From the NCBI GenBank assembly GCA_038237595.1, contig JBBRYO010000001.1, positions 1-63,640 of the forward strand: a stretch of DNA of 63,640 nucleotides, in the 5' to 3' direction. A model generated the notes under the pieces. The model was not told where the DNA came from. It searched no databases and saw only the letters and a list, made by a program, of their open reading frames with translations. Each line of letters opens with the position of its first letter. Positions within the stretch are counted from its first letter, which is position 1. This document shows, in pieces, positions 1 through 8,994 of the stretch. This stretch comes from Candidatus Limnocylindrales bacterium (GTDB taxonomy: Bacteria; Chloroflexota; Limnocylindria; Limnocylindrales; CSP1-4). The position numbers and the translations under genes are program-made.

Positions 1-957
1 GGTCGACCATGCCCGCCCGTACCACGGCAGGCCCAGGATGATTCGGTCCGGCGCGATCGTCGCCAGCGCCGCGGCCACGGTTGCGCGCAACCCGAAGCCC
101 GCGTCGCCGGTGTCGAGAGGCGCCGTCGAGCCGGCGCGCGTTGCGCTGGCGACCCGATAGTCGTAGCCCATCACGAGCGCGGCGTCAGCGCCGTCGTCGG
201 CGGCGAGGGTGGGCAGGTCGTAGGCGCCGAGCGCGGTCGTCAGGTCGAACGTGAGCTGGAGGCCTGCCTTGGCGCCGTCGAGTCCCGCTCGCAGCTCCCG
301 CACGAAGGTCGTGTAGTCATCCCGGACCGCAGGCGGAACCGGCTCCCAGTCGAGGTTGATCCCGTCGATCCCGCGATCCTGCACGACCCCGACGATGTCC
401 CGGACGAGCGATGAGCGGGCCGTGGGGCTCTGGAGCAGCTTGACGGTTCGTCGCGCCTGCCCGGCAGTCCACGCGAAGCGCTGGACCGTGAGGACGACAC
501 GGACGTGGGCGGCGTGGGCTGCCGTGAGCGTGTCGGCGAACGCCTGGCTCTCGAAGCCGGCCCAGCCCTGCGGCACGGCGCCCGATTTGCTGAGCCGGAT
601 GAGGCGCCCATCCTGGTGCGCCTCGATCCCGAAATAGGCGATCGTCGTCAGCTGCGCCATGTCGAGTTGCGTCGTCGGCTGGCCCAGCTTCCAGTAGGGC
701 AGGAAGCCGAAGACCTCTCGATCGGCCAGGGCCCGTACGCGCGGCGGGCCGGCAGGCGTCGGCAGTGGCGTGGGCGTTCCGGCGACCAGCGATGACGTTG
801 GCCCGCTCGCGGCGCCGTCGCTGGTTGGGGGCGGTGAGAGGCTCGGGCCCGGTTGCGCTGGCGCCGTGGCTCTCGGGAAGAAACCGACCGCACCGAGGAG
901 CAGCAACCCGATCGCGAGGGCGACTGCGGCCGCGCGAACCGGAGGGGAGGCTGACAC
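1..957 (-). CDS. Glycoside hydrolase family 18 (chitinase-like) exported protein; C-terminus lies beyond the left window edge
   Basis: Own translation of the minus strand; it is absent from the ORF track because no stop lies inside the window. GTG at 957 follows an in-frame TAG. Hydrophobic anchor AAAVALAIGLLLLGAV, then a Pro/Thr-rich linker, then the GH18 catalytic signature GIDGINLDWE, and LGLPWYGRAW near position 1. Confidence 0.75.
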   Translation of the reverse strand, partial: MSASPPVRAAAVALAIGLLLLGAVGFFPRATAPAQPGPSLSPPPTSDGAASGPTSSLVAGTPTPLPTPAGPPRVRALADREVFGFLPYWKLGQPTTQLDMAQLTTIAYFGIEAHQDGRLIRLSKSGAVPQGWAGFESQAFADTLTAAHAAHVRVVLTVQRFAWTAGQARRTVKLLQSPTARSSLVRDIVGVVQDRGIDGINLDWEPVPPAVRDDYTTFVRELRAGLDGAKAGLQLTFDLTTALGAYDLPTLAADDGADAALVMGYDYRVASATRAGSTAPLDTGDAGFGLRATVAAALATIAPDRIILGLPWYGRAWST

Positions 958-1028
958 CCGGAGACCCTAAGCGATGGCCGGCGAACCCGCCCACGACGGG
1001 CCGAGGGCCGCTGAGGCGGTCGCGAGCT

Positions 1029-3366
1029 TCAGGGAGTTGCAGGAGCCCGGTCGGCGACCGACCGTCCGCGCGAGCCGCCCGCGGTCGGCCGTGCATCGAA
1101 GCGGAGCAAGCGGAGCGAGTTGAGCACGACGCTGACCGAGCTCAGGGCCATGGCCCCCGCCGCGATGCCGGGATCGAGCAACAGGCCGAAGAACGCGTAG
1201 AGCACGCCCATCGCGACGGGAATCAGGACCACGTTGTAGCCGAAGGCCCAGACGAGGTTCTCGCGGATCACCCGGACGGTCTGGCGCGAGAGGCGGATGG
1301 CCGACGCCACAAGCCGCGGGTCGCCGCCGACGAGGGTCACGTCCGAAGCCTCGATCGCGACGTCCGTGCCGGTGCCGATGGCCACGCCGAGGTCCGCCTG
1401 TGCCAGCGCAGGGGCGTCGTTGATGCCGTCGCCGACCATCGCCACGCGGCGACCGATGGCCTGGAGGTCCCGGACGCGCGCCGCCTTCTCGGCCGGCAGC
1501 ACCTCGGCGATGACGTGCTCGATGCCGATCTGGCGCGCGACCGCGTCCGCCGCCGCCCGCGAGTCCCCCGTCACCAGCCATACGACGATGCCCAGCGCCT
1601 TCAACTCCCGAACAGCCGCTGACGCCTCCGGCTTCACGGGGTCGGTCACCGCGATCAACCCCACCAGTCTTCCGTTCCAAGCCACCAGGATCGGCGTCCG
1701 GCCATCGCGGGCACTTGACTCGATGGCCGGGGTCGCCACGGCCATGTCGATTCCGCGCTCCGCGATGAACGCCGGGTTGCCGGCGGCGATCGGCCCTCCG
1801 TCCAGCACGCCCACGACGCCGCGCCCCGGAACGCTCTCGAACTGCGTGACCTGCGGCACCGCGACTGCTCGTCGCGTGGCCTCCGCGACGATGGCCGCCC
1901 CGAGCGGGTGCTCGCTGCCCCGCTCGACCGCTGCCGCCAGCGCCAGGACCTCGTCCTCGCTCGTGCCGTCGAACGCGACGACGTCCGCGACGGACGGCTT
2001 GCCGAGCGTCAGGGTGCCCGTCTTGTCGAAGATCGCGGTATCGACCCGACCGGCCTGCTCCAGCGCCTCCTCGCCCTTGAACAGGATCCCGGACTCCGCC
2101 GCGCGACCCGTCCCGACCATGATCGCGGTGGGCGTGGCCAGGCCCATCGCGCACGGGCAGGCGATGATCAGGACCGAGATGGCCGCCACGAGGCCGTGCG
2201 TGAAGGCCGGCGGCGGCCCGACCAGCAGCCAGGCGGCAAACGTACCGGCCGCCAGGACCATGACGACCGGCACGAACCTCGCGCTGACCTGGTCGGCGAG
2301 CCGCTGGATCGGCGCCTTGGATCCCTGCGCTGCCTGGACCATCTGCACGATCTGGGCAAGGACCGTGTCTCGACCCACCCGCGTCGCACGGAACACGAAG
2401 CTGCCCGTGGTGTTGAATCGTGGCGCCGATCACCTCGTCGCCGGGGCCTTTTGCGACGGGCATCGGCTCGCCCGTGAGCATCGCCTCGTCGAGGGCCGAC
2501 CCGCCCTCGGTGACGAGACCGTCCACCGGCACCTTCTCGCCCGGGCGGACCCGGATGAGGTCTCCGGGACGGACCGCCTCGATGGGAACGTCCGTGTCGC
2601 CGTCCGGTCGTACGAGGCGAGCGGTCCGTGCCTGCAGGCCGATGAGACTGCGCACCGCGCCGAGCGTCTGCGACCTGGCCCGGGCCTCGAGCCAGCGCCC
2701 TGCCAGGATCAACCCGGTGATCAGGCTCGAGCTGTCGAAGTACGTGACCGGCTCGATCCCGGCCCGGGCGACGAGCTCCGGCCAGAGGGTCACCGCGGCA
2801 CTGTAGCTCCACGCGGCCATCGTGCCGACCGCGACCAGAGTGTTCATGTTCAGGTCGCGATGGCGTGCGGCCTTCCCGGCGGCGCGCAGGAACCTGCCGC
2901 CCGCCCAGAACTGGACGAAGGTTGCGGGCAGCAGGACAAGGCGGTTGACGTCCGACATGGGCAGCGCGCGGCCCGGCCAGAACATGAGCGTCATTATCCC
3001 GGCCGCGACCGCGACCGCGATCGCGACGATCGCCCGGATGCCGAGATCGCGCAGCTCGGCGGCCCGCTCGCGCGCCTCCGCGCCAGACGCGCCGATTGGC
3101 AGGTCAAGGTCGTCAGCCTGGTTTTCGGCCGTGTCTCGAACGTCGTAGCCCGCCGCCTCGATCGCACCCACCAGCTCGGAGCGCCCGGCCCGCACTGGGT
3201 CGAAGCGGATCGTCGCCCGTTCGGTGGCCAGGTTCACGTTGGCATCGATTACCCCGTCCGTTTTGCGCAGGTAGCGCTCGATGCGGTTGACGCAGGACGC
3301 ACAGGTCATGCCCTCGACGGGCAACGACAGCTCGATGGGCGCGGGTGAATCGAGCGTGGTCACCAC
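1029..3366 (-). pseudogene. copA: Copper-translocating P1B-type ATPase, interrupted as assembled by a one-base insertion near 2415-2417
   Basis: The N-terminal part is the first third of ORF 967..3384 (HMA motif [10 protein letters not shown] helices, [19 protein letters not shown]). The C-terminal part is ORF 1029..2396 ([28 protein letters not shown]). Removing one base from ACGAT[T]CAACACCACG restores [18 protein letters not shown]. Start taken at GTG 3366 behind GGAGGGAAGGA; GTG 3384 is the ORF-track alternative. Confidence 0.9.
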
Positions 3367-3386
3367 GAGGTTCCTTCCCTCCACAG

Positions 3387-3403
3387 ATACTCCCCGGGAG
3401 TAT
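3387..3403. promoter_or_regulatory. Palindrome ATACTCCC-C-GGGAGTAT upstream of copA; candidate CsoR-type copper-repressor operator
   Basis: Read directly: 8-bp perfect arms around one central base, about 20 nt upstream of the SD-supported copA start. AT-rich ends flanking a C-run and a G-run resemble published CsoR operators. No csoR or copZ gene is in the window. Confidence 0.4.
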
Positions 3404-3471
3404 GCTCCAGCCTCCGGGGTGACCTTGGTGCGCCTGAGGGCGTGGGCGCGCCTTCACGGCCTCGGCGTGCC

Positions 3472-6207
3472 TCAGGCTTGGGCCTGGTCGCCCTCCGTCG
3501 CGTGCGTCTCGCCGAGCGCGAGGGCGATCGCCTCATCCGTCGACATTCGCTCGCCTTCGGCCCAGAGCCCGGCAGGAACGGGGCCTGCCGCAGGGGACTC
3601 CGGCACCTGCCACTCGATCTCGGACATCGGGCTGAGGACCAGGTCCGCGCCCGTCCTGAGTCGCTCCTTGTTGACCGCTCCCGATAGACGCCAGTAGCGA
3701 TCGGAGTCGCCACGCTTGCTGGCAAGGATCGCGAAGTCGGCGATGAGGATCAGGATCCCGCCCCGATCGCCAGAGTTGATGAAGATGTCCAGGCCCTCGC
3801 GGAAACGCGCGTCGGCGGCATCCGGGTCACCCTCGGTCGCGTCGAGCAATCCCAGCATGTGCAGGTCCCATCCGACGCCAAAGGTGTCACCCGCGGCGCG
3901 GTTCCGGCGGAGGCTCTCCTCCAGGTGCGCACGGGCCGCGGGCAGGTCCGGCTTCACGACGTCCGCCATCCCGAGGGCCCAGTTCACGTGAGCCTGGCCA
4001 AGGTCGTCGCCCAGCTGCTCGAACAGCTGGAGGGCCTCTTCGAGGTAGGGGACTCCGAACTTCGTGCCGAGGGTGAAGCCATCACCGGGCACCGGCGCGA
4101 AGGCAAAGTTGTTGAGCGCCTCGGCAAGCGTGCGCTGATCGCCGGCGACGCGCGCAAACTCGAGGGCGGCCTTGTAATGGAAGTGGGTGACCCGGTAGTC
4201 GCCGCGCCAGTAGGACAGGGAGCCAGCCGCACTCTCGGCCGCTGCGCGCAAGCGTGCCGGCTGCGTCTCGGCACTCGGCAGGATCAGGATGCGGTCCAGC
4301 CGCTCGGCGCCCTCCTTGAGATGCCCGCGGATCTGCCAGAAACGCCAGAGCGACGAGGCCGTGCGCATCGCCACACCGGCCTCGTCGTTCGCCACCGCCC
4401 AATCCAGCGCCGCTCGCAGGTTGTCGTGGTCGAGATCGAGTCGATCGAGCCAGACGCGGCTGTCCTTGGCCGTCAGATGCGGTGCCGACGTCTCCGCCAG
4501 GACGGCGTAGGTCTCGGCGTGGCGGCGGTGGAGCATTTCGTCCTCGGGCCCGGCCTCGAGCTTCTCGTGGGCGTACTCGCGGATCGTGGCAAGCATGGCG
4601 AAGCGCGGCTCGTCCGCGGCGATGGGCACGGGCCGCAGGAGGCTCTTGTCGGCCAGCGAGCCCACACCGTCGAGCACGTCACGCCCGACTTCCGTCGCAG
4701 GGCCACAACACTCCTCCGCAGCGGACAGCCATGCGCCGCCCGCGAACACGGCAAAGCGCTCGAAGAGGCGCCGGTCGGCGGTATCGAGCAGGTCGTAGCT
4801 CCAGTCGATCGCGCCTCGCAGTGTCTGCTGGCGGCCGGGTCGATCCCTTGGGCCGCCCACCAGCAACGCCAGGCGCTGGTCGAGCCGCGCCTGGAGCGTC
4901 GCCACCGGCAGTAGCCGCACGCGGGCGGCGGCAAGCTCGATGGCGAGCGGCAGGCCGTCGAGGCGCCGCACGATGTCGGCGACAGGGGCTGCGTTCTCCT
5001 CCGTCAGCCGGAAGGCGGGCTGGGCAGCCATGGCACGTTCCACGAAGAGCTGCACGGCTTCGGATCTGGCGGCACTCTCCAGCGTCAGGTTTTCCGGGTC
5101 GGGCATGGGCAGCGCCGGCACAGGGAACTCCTGCTCGCCGTAGGCATGCAGCGGCACCCGGCTGGTGACCACCACGCGAAGCTCGGGTCCTTCCCGGAGC
5201 AGCTGGGAGACGAGCGGGGCAGCGTCCACGACCTGTTCGAAGTTATCGAGCAGCAGCAGCGCCTTGTGATCGCGGACCCACGCCATGAGGCGCTCGCGAG
5301 GCGGTGTGGTGCCGGCCTGGAGCGCCGGGATCGAGGCCGTGATGGCCGAAGGCACCAGGTCGGGGTCGGTGATCGCCTCGAGCGGGGTGAAGAAGACGCC
5401 GTCGGGGAACCCTTCCATGGCATCGGCGCCCAGTTGGAGGGCAAGGCGCGTCTTGCCGGTGCCGCCGGGGCCGGTGAGGGTCAGCAGATGCGTGGTCTCG
5501 AGGAGGCGGCTGGCCTCCGCGAGCTCGTTGCGGCCGATGAAGCTGGTGAGCTGCACCGGCAGGTTGTTTGGTCGCGCACTGAGGGTGCGGATGGCTGGAA
5601 ACGTGTCGGGTCGCTGCGCATCATCCACCTGGTAGAGGTGCTCGGGGAGCGCCAGATCCTTGAGCCGGTGGAGGCCAAGGTCGGTCAGCGAGATGCCGTC
5701 GACGAGCGCGCGGCCGGCCAGCGAGCGCGTGGTGTCGGAGATGAGCACCTGTCCGCCGTTGCCCGCGGCCGCGATGCGAGCCACCTGGTGGAGCGCCAGC
5801 CCGACGTAGTCCTGCCCGACCAGGCTGACCTCGCCGGTATGGATGCCCATGCGCACGCGCAAATGGCGCCCATCCAGCCACGGCTCTGACGCCAGGCCGC
5901 GCTGCGACGTGGTGGCCGCTCTCACCGCCGATGCCGCATCAGGGAAGGCGGCGAACACTGCGTCCCCCTCCGTTCCGAAGACCATGCCGCCCTCGGCAAC
6001 GACGGCGCTGTTGAGGATCTCGCGATGCCTGGCGAGCAGCGGCGGATAACGGTCGCCGAGCTCCTGGATCATCCGCGTGGATCCCTCGATGTCGGTGAAG
6101 AGGAACGTTACGGTGCCGGTGGGACGGTTCGGCGGTGCCGTGGCGACGGCTTCGACCGGCGCTATCCGGCTCGATGAGGCGACCATCTCGTCTCCCTCGA
6201 TGCTCAT
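3472..6207 (-). CDS. Class III adenylate/guanylate cyclase - STAND (NB-ARC-like) NTPase - TPR multidomain signalling protein
   Basis: 911-aa ORF. VTFLFTDIEGSTRM...GIHTGEV is a nucleotidyl cyclase domain. Walker A LTGPGGTGKTRLAL and Walker B-like ALLLLDNFEQV follow. The C-terminal half is TPR-like helical repeats. No TM segment and no C-terminal HTH. Confidence 0.85.
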   Translation of the reverse strand: MSIEGDEMVASSSRIAPVEAVATAPPNRPTGTVTFLFTDIEGSTRMIQELGDRYPPLLARHREILNSAVVAEGGMVFGTEGDAVFAAFPDAASAVRAATTSQRGLASEPWLDGRHLRVRMGIHTGEVSLVGQDYVGLALHQVARIAAAGNGGQVLISDTTRSLAGRALVDGISLTDLGLHRLKDLALPEHLYQVDDAQRPDTFPAIRTLSARPNNLPVQLTSFIGRNELAEASRLLETTHLLTLTGPGGTGKTRLALQLGADAMEGFPDGVFFTPLEAITDPDLVPSAITASIPALQAGTTPPRERLMAWVRDHKALLLLDNFEQVVDAAPLVSQLLREGPELRVVVTSRVPLHAYGEQEFPVPALPMPDPENLTLESAARSEAVQLFVERAMAAQPAFRLTEENAAPVADIVRRLDGLPLAIELAAARVRLLPVATLQARLDQRLALLVGGPRDRPGRQQTLRGAIDWSYDLLDTADRRLFERFAVFAGGAWLSAAEECCGPATEVGRDVLDGVGSLADKSLLRPVPIAADEPRFAMLATIREYAHEKLEAGPEDEMLHRRHAETYAVLAETSAPHLTAKDSRVWLDRLDLDHDNLRAALDWAVANDEAGVAMRTASSLWRFWQIRGHLKEGAERLDRILILPSAETQPARLRAAAESAAGSLSYWRGDYRVTHFHYKAALEFARVAGDQRTLAEALNNFAFAPVPGDGFTLGTKFGVPYLEEALQLFEQLGDDLGQAHVNWALGMADVVKPDLPAARAHLEESLRRNRAAGDTFGVGWDLHMLGLLDATEGDPDAADARFREGLDIFINSGDRGGILILIADFAILASKRGDSDRYWRLSGAVNKERLRTGADLVLSPMSEIEWQVPESPAAGPVPAGLWAEGERMSTDEAIALALGETHATEGDQAQA

Positions 6208-6226
6208 GGCGCGACGCGCGGCAGGA

Positions 6227-6715
6227 TCAGCGGGAGATGGGACGCATGGCGTAGACCCCGACGACCATCGGGACGGGCGGGTCGTGGCAGAGCTCGACGC
6301 CGATGTCGCCCTGGCGAACCAGCTCGGCGATGAAGTCCGATTCCCGTGCGCCCAGTCCTACGTAGACGGTCCCGTCGGCCACTTGGATGGGGCTCACCTC
6401 GTCCGCGGCCCCGTTGAGTTCGAAGCGGCGGCGGAGCTCGTGCATGGGCACGTACGGACGCGACTTGATGAAGCGGCGGAGCTGGGCCTGGGTGCAGCCG
6501 TGGCTGACGTAGGGCTCAGGCGTTCCATCGGCCGCCTGGGCGGGCACTGCCAGAGGTCGAACAACCGCCGGGTCGGCGGCCGTGGCGAGGGGCGGTTGCG
6601 CCCCGTTGGTCATGCCGACGGCCGGACTGGTGCTGCGGTCGGCGCGCAATGCGGCGCCGGCAGCCACGTCGGCCATACGCGTCTCTCCCTCGACAGGGTC
6701 GGCCCTGTCCATCAT
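6227..6715 (-). CDS. Hypothetical protein (conserved-looking C-terminal domain, function unknown)
   Basis: ORF 6227..6847. Start moved to the ATG pair at 6715/6712 to avoid overlapping the upstream peptidase gene. The C-terminal 100 aa (CTQAQLRRFIKSRPYVPMHELRRRFELNG...VELCHDPPVPMVVGVY) has normal composition; the N-terminal part is low complexity. Lies 19 nt upstream of the cyclase-STAND gene. Confidence 0.45.
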   Translation of the reverse strand: MMDRADPVEGETRMADVAAGAALRADRSTSPAVGMTNGAQPPLATAADPAVVRPLAVPAQAADGTPEPYVSHGCTQAQLRRFIKSRPYVPMHELRRRFELNGAADEVSPIQVADGTVYVGLGARESDFIAELVRQGDIGVELCHDPPVPMVVGVYAMRPISR

Positions 6716-6836
6716 CGTGGTCGTTGACGGCGGCGGGCAGCCGCCGCGCGGAAGTTCCATCGTTCTTCCGCTCCCGCTCGTCCCGGAGCCGTCCGCGATC
6801 ATACATCCGGTCGCGGGAGCTGCCCGAACCGCCCGC

Positions 6837-8027
6837 TCAGACGCCACTCACGATGGCGAGGCCGCGATCGAGCTGGTTGAGCTCGTCGGGGCCGTCCTGG
6901 CCGCAGGCGAGGATGTCCTCGATCCGAGCTCCGTAGCGGCCCTCGAGGTAGATCCCGGGCTCCACGCTGAACGTGTTGCCGACGACCAGCGGCGCCGAAT
7001 TCCCGGCGACGAGGTACGGATCCTCGTGGCCGTCCAGGCCGATACCGTGCCCGGTCCGATGGAAGAAGTGCTCGCCATGCCCGGCCGCTTCGATGATGTC
7101 ACGGGCCGTCCGGTCGATCGCCTCGCAGGCAACGCCGGGCGCGATGGCGGCGCGCGCCGCCTCCTGTGCGCGGTACAGGACCGAGAAGAGGTTGCGGAAC
7201 CCGTCGTCGGGCCCGCGCGCGTCGTCGCCGCCGGTCACCCAGACGGTCCGCGTGATATCCGAGTAGTAGCCGCCGACGCGTCCCCCGATATCGATCACGA
7301 TCGGCTCACCGGCCTCGATGACGCGATCGCCCGCCCCGTGGTGTGGCGAGGCGGAATTCGGGCCGCTCGCGACGATCTGGAACGAGGCCTCATCGTGGCC
7401 CTCGGCGACGAGGCGATCCCGGATCTCGGCGGCCACCTCGCGCTCGGCGCGGCCGACCAGGCGCACTGAGGCCGTTGCCTTGACCGTCCGGTCAGCGGCG
7501 TGCGCGGCGGCCCGGAGCAGCTCGAGCTCTTCTGCGTCCTTGATCTGTCGCAGCGGACTGGTGACGGCCGAGGCCAGCCCGAACCGGGCGGTCGGGATGC
7601 CGGACTGGAGCTTCAGCAGGAACGCCGCGCGAAGCGAGTCGGAGACCAGCAGCTCGGCGCCGGACTGGCTCGCGCCGTCGCGCAGGGCAGACGCGACGTT
7701 GCGGATCGGGTCCTCGGTCTCGGTCCAGGTCACGAGGTCGACCAGCCCGGCCTCGACGCCCGATGCCGCCTGCGCCGCGCTCGCCTCCAGGCGGGGCACG
7801 ACCAGTGTCGGCTGATCTTCCGGCTGGAGCACCAGCATCGTCAGCCGCTCGAGCGGCATGGCCTCGTACCCGATCAGCCAACGCAGATCGGTCCCGACGC
7901 CGACGAGCAGGGCACTGGCGCCGCGATCGGCCAGGGCTGCCTGGGCTCGGCGCAGGCGCTCCTCGTAGCGCTGCAGCGTGATCCTGGGGTTCGTGGGCTC
8001 CGTGGCCGGTGTCGCGACAGCGCTCAT
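6837..8027 (-). CDS. M24-family Xaa-Pro aminopeptidase/dipeptidase
   Basis: Metal-ligand motifs DIGGRVGGYYSDITRT, HRTGHGIGLDGHEDPY, SVEPGIY and ARIEDIL. ATG 8027 lies 8 nt behind GGAGG and forms an ATGA overlap with the upstream gene's stop. Confidence 0.9.
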   Translation of the reverse strand: MSAVATPATEPTNPRITLQRYEERLRRAQAALADRGASALLVGVGTDLRWLIGYEAMPLERLTMLVLQPEDQPTLVVPRLEASAAQAASGVEAGLVDLVTWTETEDPIRNVASALRDGASQSGAELLVSDSLRAAFLLKLQSGIPTARFGLASAVTSPLRQIKDAEELELLRAAAHAADRTVKATASVRLVGRAEREVAAEIRDRLVAEGHDEASFQIVASGPNSASPHHGAGDRVIEAGEPIVIDIGGRVGGYYSDITRTVWVTGGDDARGPDDGFRNLFSVLYRAQEAARAAIAPGVACEAIDRTARDIIEAAGHGEHFFHRTGHGIGLDGHEDPYLVAGNSAPLVVGNTFSVEPGIYLEGRYGARIEDILACGQDGPDELNQLDRGLAIVSGV

Positions 8028-8455
8028 CGGGTTGCCTCCGCAGTATTGGCCAGCAGCCATCCCTCGACGAGCCGCGGACCATCGGTGAAGAACTTGTTGT
8101 AGGAGAAGACCCGGGCCGCCCCGGCGTTCAGCGCCCGCTTCCGGGTGACCTCGTCGTCGTGCTGCGCCACGGCGATGACCGGTTTCCGAGCCCGCGCCGA
8201 GCGTTCCACCGCCGCCACGCCGTCGTACCGCCGACCCAACAGGTCAACCACGACACCCACCAGTGCCCGACCGTTCTCACCAGGCCCGAGCTCGGCGTCC
8301 GCGTCCGCCTCGAGCACCGTGTCGAGCTCGGCCTCGGACGAGAGCCTCACCGGCGTCCCGCCGGCGCGGCGCACCGCCTCGATCAAGCGCGACGCCCAGA
8401 TCAGGTCGTCGGCAAGGACTGCGATCGTGCCGCGCCCCCGAGCGTGATCAGCCAA
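8024..8455 (-). CDS. Single-domain CheY-like receiver protein (atypical)
   Basis: 143 aa. Acidic pair in IAVLADD, candidate phospho-acceptor in GVVVDL, conserved Lys in FSYNKF. The usual Thr/Ser position is replaced (VIAVAQH). No output domain. Confidence 0.5.
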   Translation of the reverse strand: MADHARGRGTIAVLADDLIWASRLIEAVRRAGGTPVRLSSEAELDTVLEADADAELGPGENGRALVGVVVDLLGRRYDGVAAVERSARARKPVIAVAQHDDEVTRKRALNAGAARVFSYNKFFTDGPRLVEGWLLANTAEATR

Positions 8456-8948
8456 GGATCTGGAGGATGTGCCGGAAGAGGTCCTGCGCGGTGACGATGC
8501 CCTTGACGCGGCCGTCCTCGACCAGCGGGATGTGCCGGAAGTCGCCGACGGCCATCTTGTGGACGGCGATCGCGATCGTGTCCTCGGTCCGCAGCACGAC
8601 CGGATCGGGCGTCATGACGTCCGCGACGCTGATGCCCTGCATGGCGCGGCCGGCGAGCTTCAGGACTGCATCGCGCTCGGTGAAGATCCCCACCAAGCGC
8701 CCCGCGTCACCCACCAGCAGGCAGCCGGTGCGGTCCTGCTGCATGCGGCGGACGGCCACCCGCACCGGGGTCTCGGGCGGGATCATGACCGGCGCCCGGC
8801 TGCGGACGTCCCGGAGGTGATCGCGCACCAGCCTCTCCTCCAGCCCGCCCGTGGGCCGCGGGATGTCGACGGTGCGAAGGTCGGCGCCGCAGTTCTCGCA
8901 CTCGTCGACGCCCTGGATATTGTCGAAGCCGCAGACCGGGCAGATCAC
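8448..8948 (-). CDS. Zinc-ribbon + CBS-pair domain protein
   Basis: N-terminus MICPVCGFDNIQGVDECENCGADL (CxxC...CxxC) is followed by two CBS motifs (GCLLVGDAGRLVGIFTERD; FRHIPLVEDGRVKGIVTAQD). Confidence 0.8.
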   Translation of the reverse strand: MICPVCGFDNIQGVDECENCGADLRTVDIPRPTGGLEERLVRDHLRDVRSRAPVMIPPETPVRVAVRRMQQDRTGCLLVGDAGRLVGIFTERDAVLKLAGRAMQGISVADVMTPDPVVLRTEDTIAIAVHKMAVGDFRHIPLVEDGRVKGIVTAQDLFRHILQILG

Positions 8949-8994
8949 AGGTTGGGCTCCTCGTCGTCGGCGCGGATCGTGGTTCGGAGCAGGC

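Noticed and set aside
1297-3348. Long ORFs antisense or off-frame to real genes (for example 1297..3348+, 10083..11918+, 22125..23909+, 31147..32814-, 34514..35917-, 36033..37244-, 54682..56238-, 60522..61859-).
   Set aside because: Their translations are Arg/Ala/Gly/Pro-rich low-complexity strings without motifs. Each fully overlaps a gene with clear family signatures. Long shadow ORFs are expected in very GC-rich DNA because stop codons are rare.
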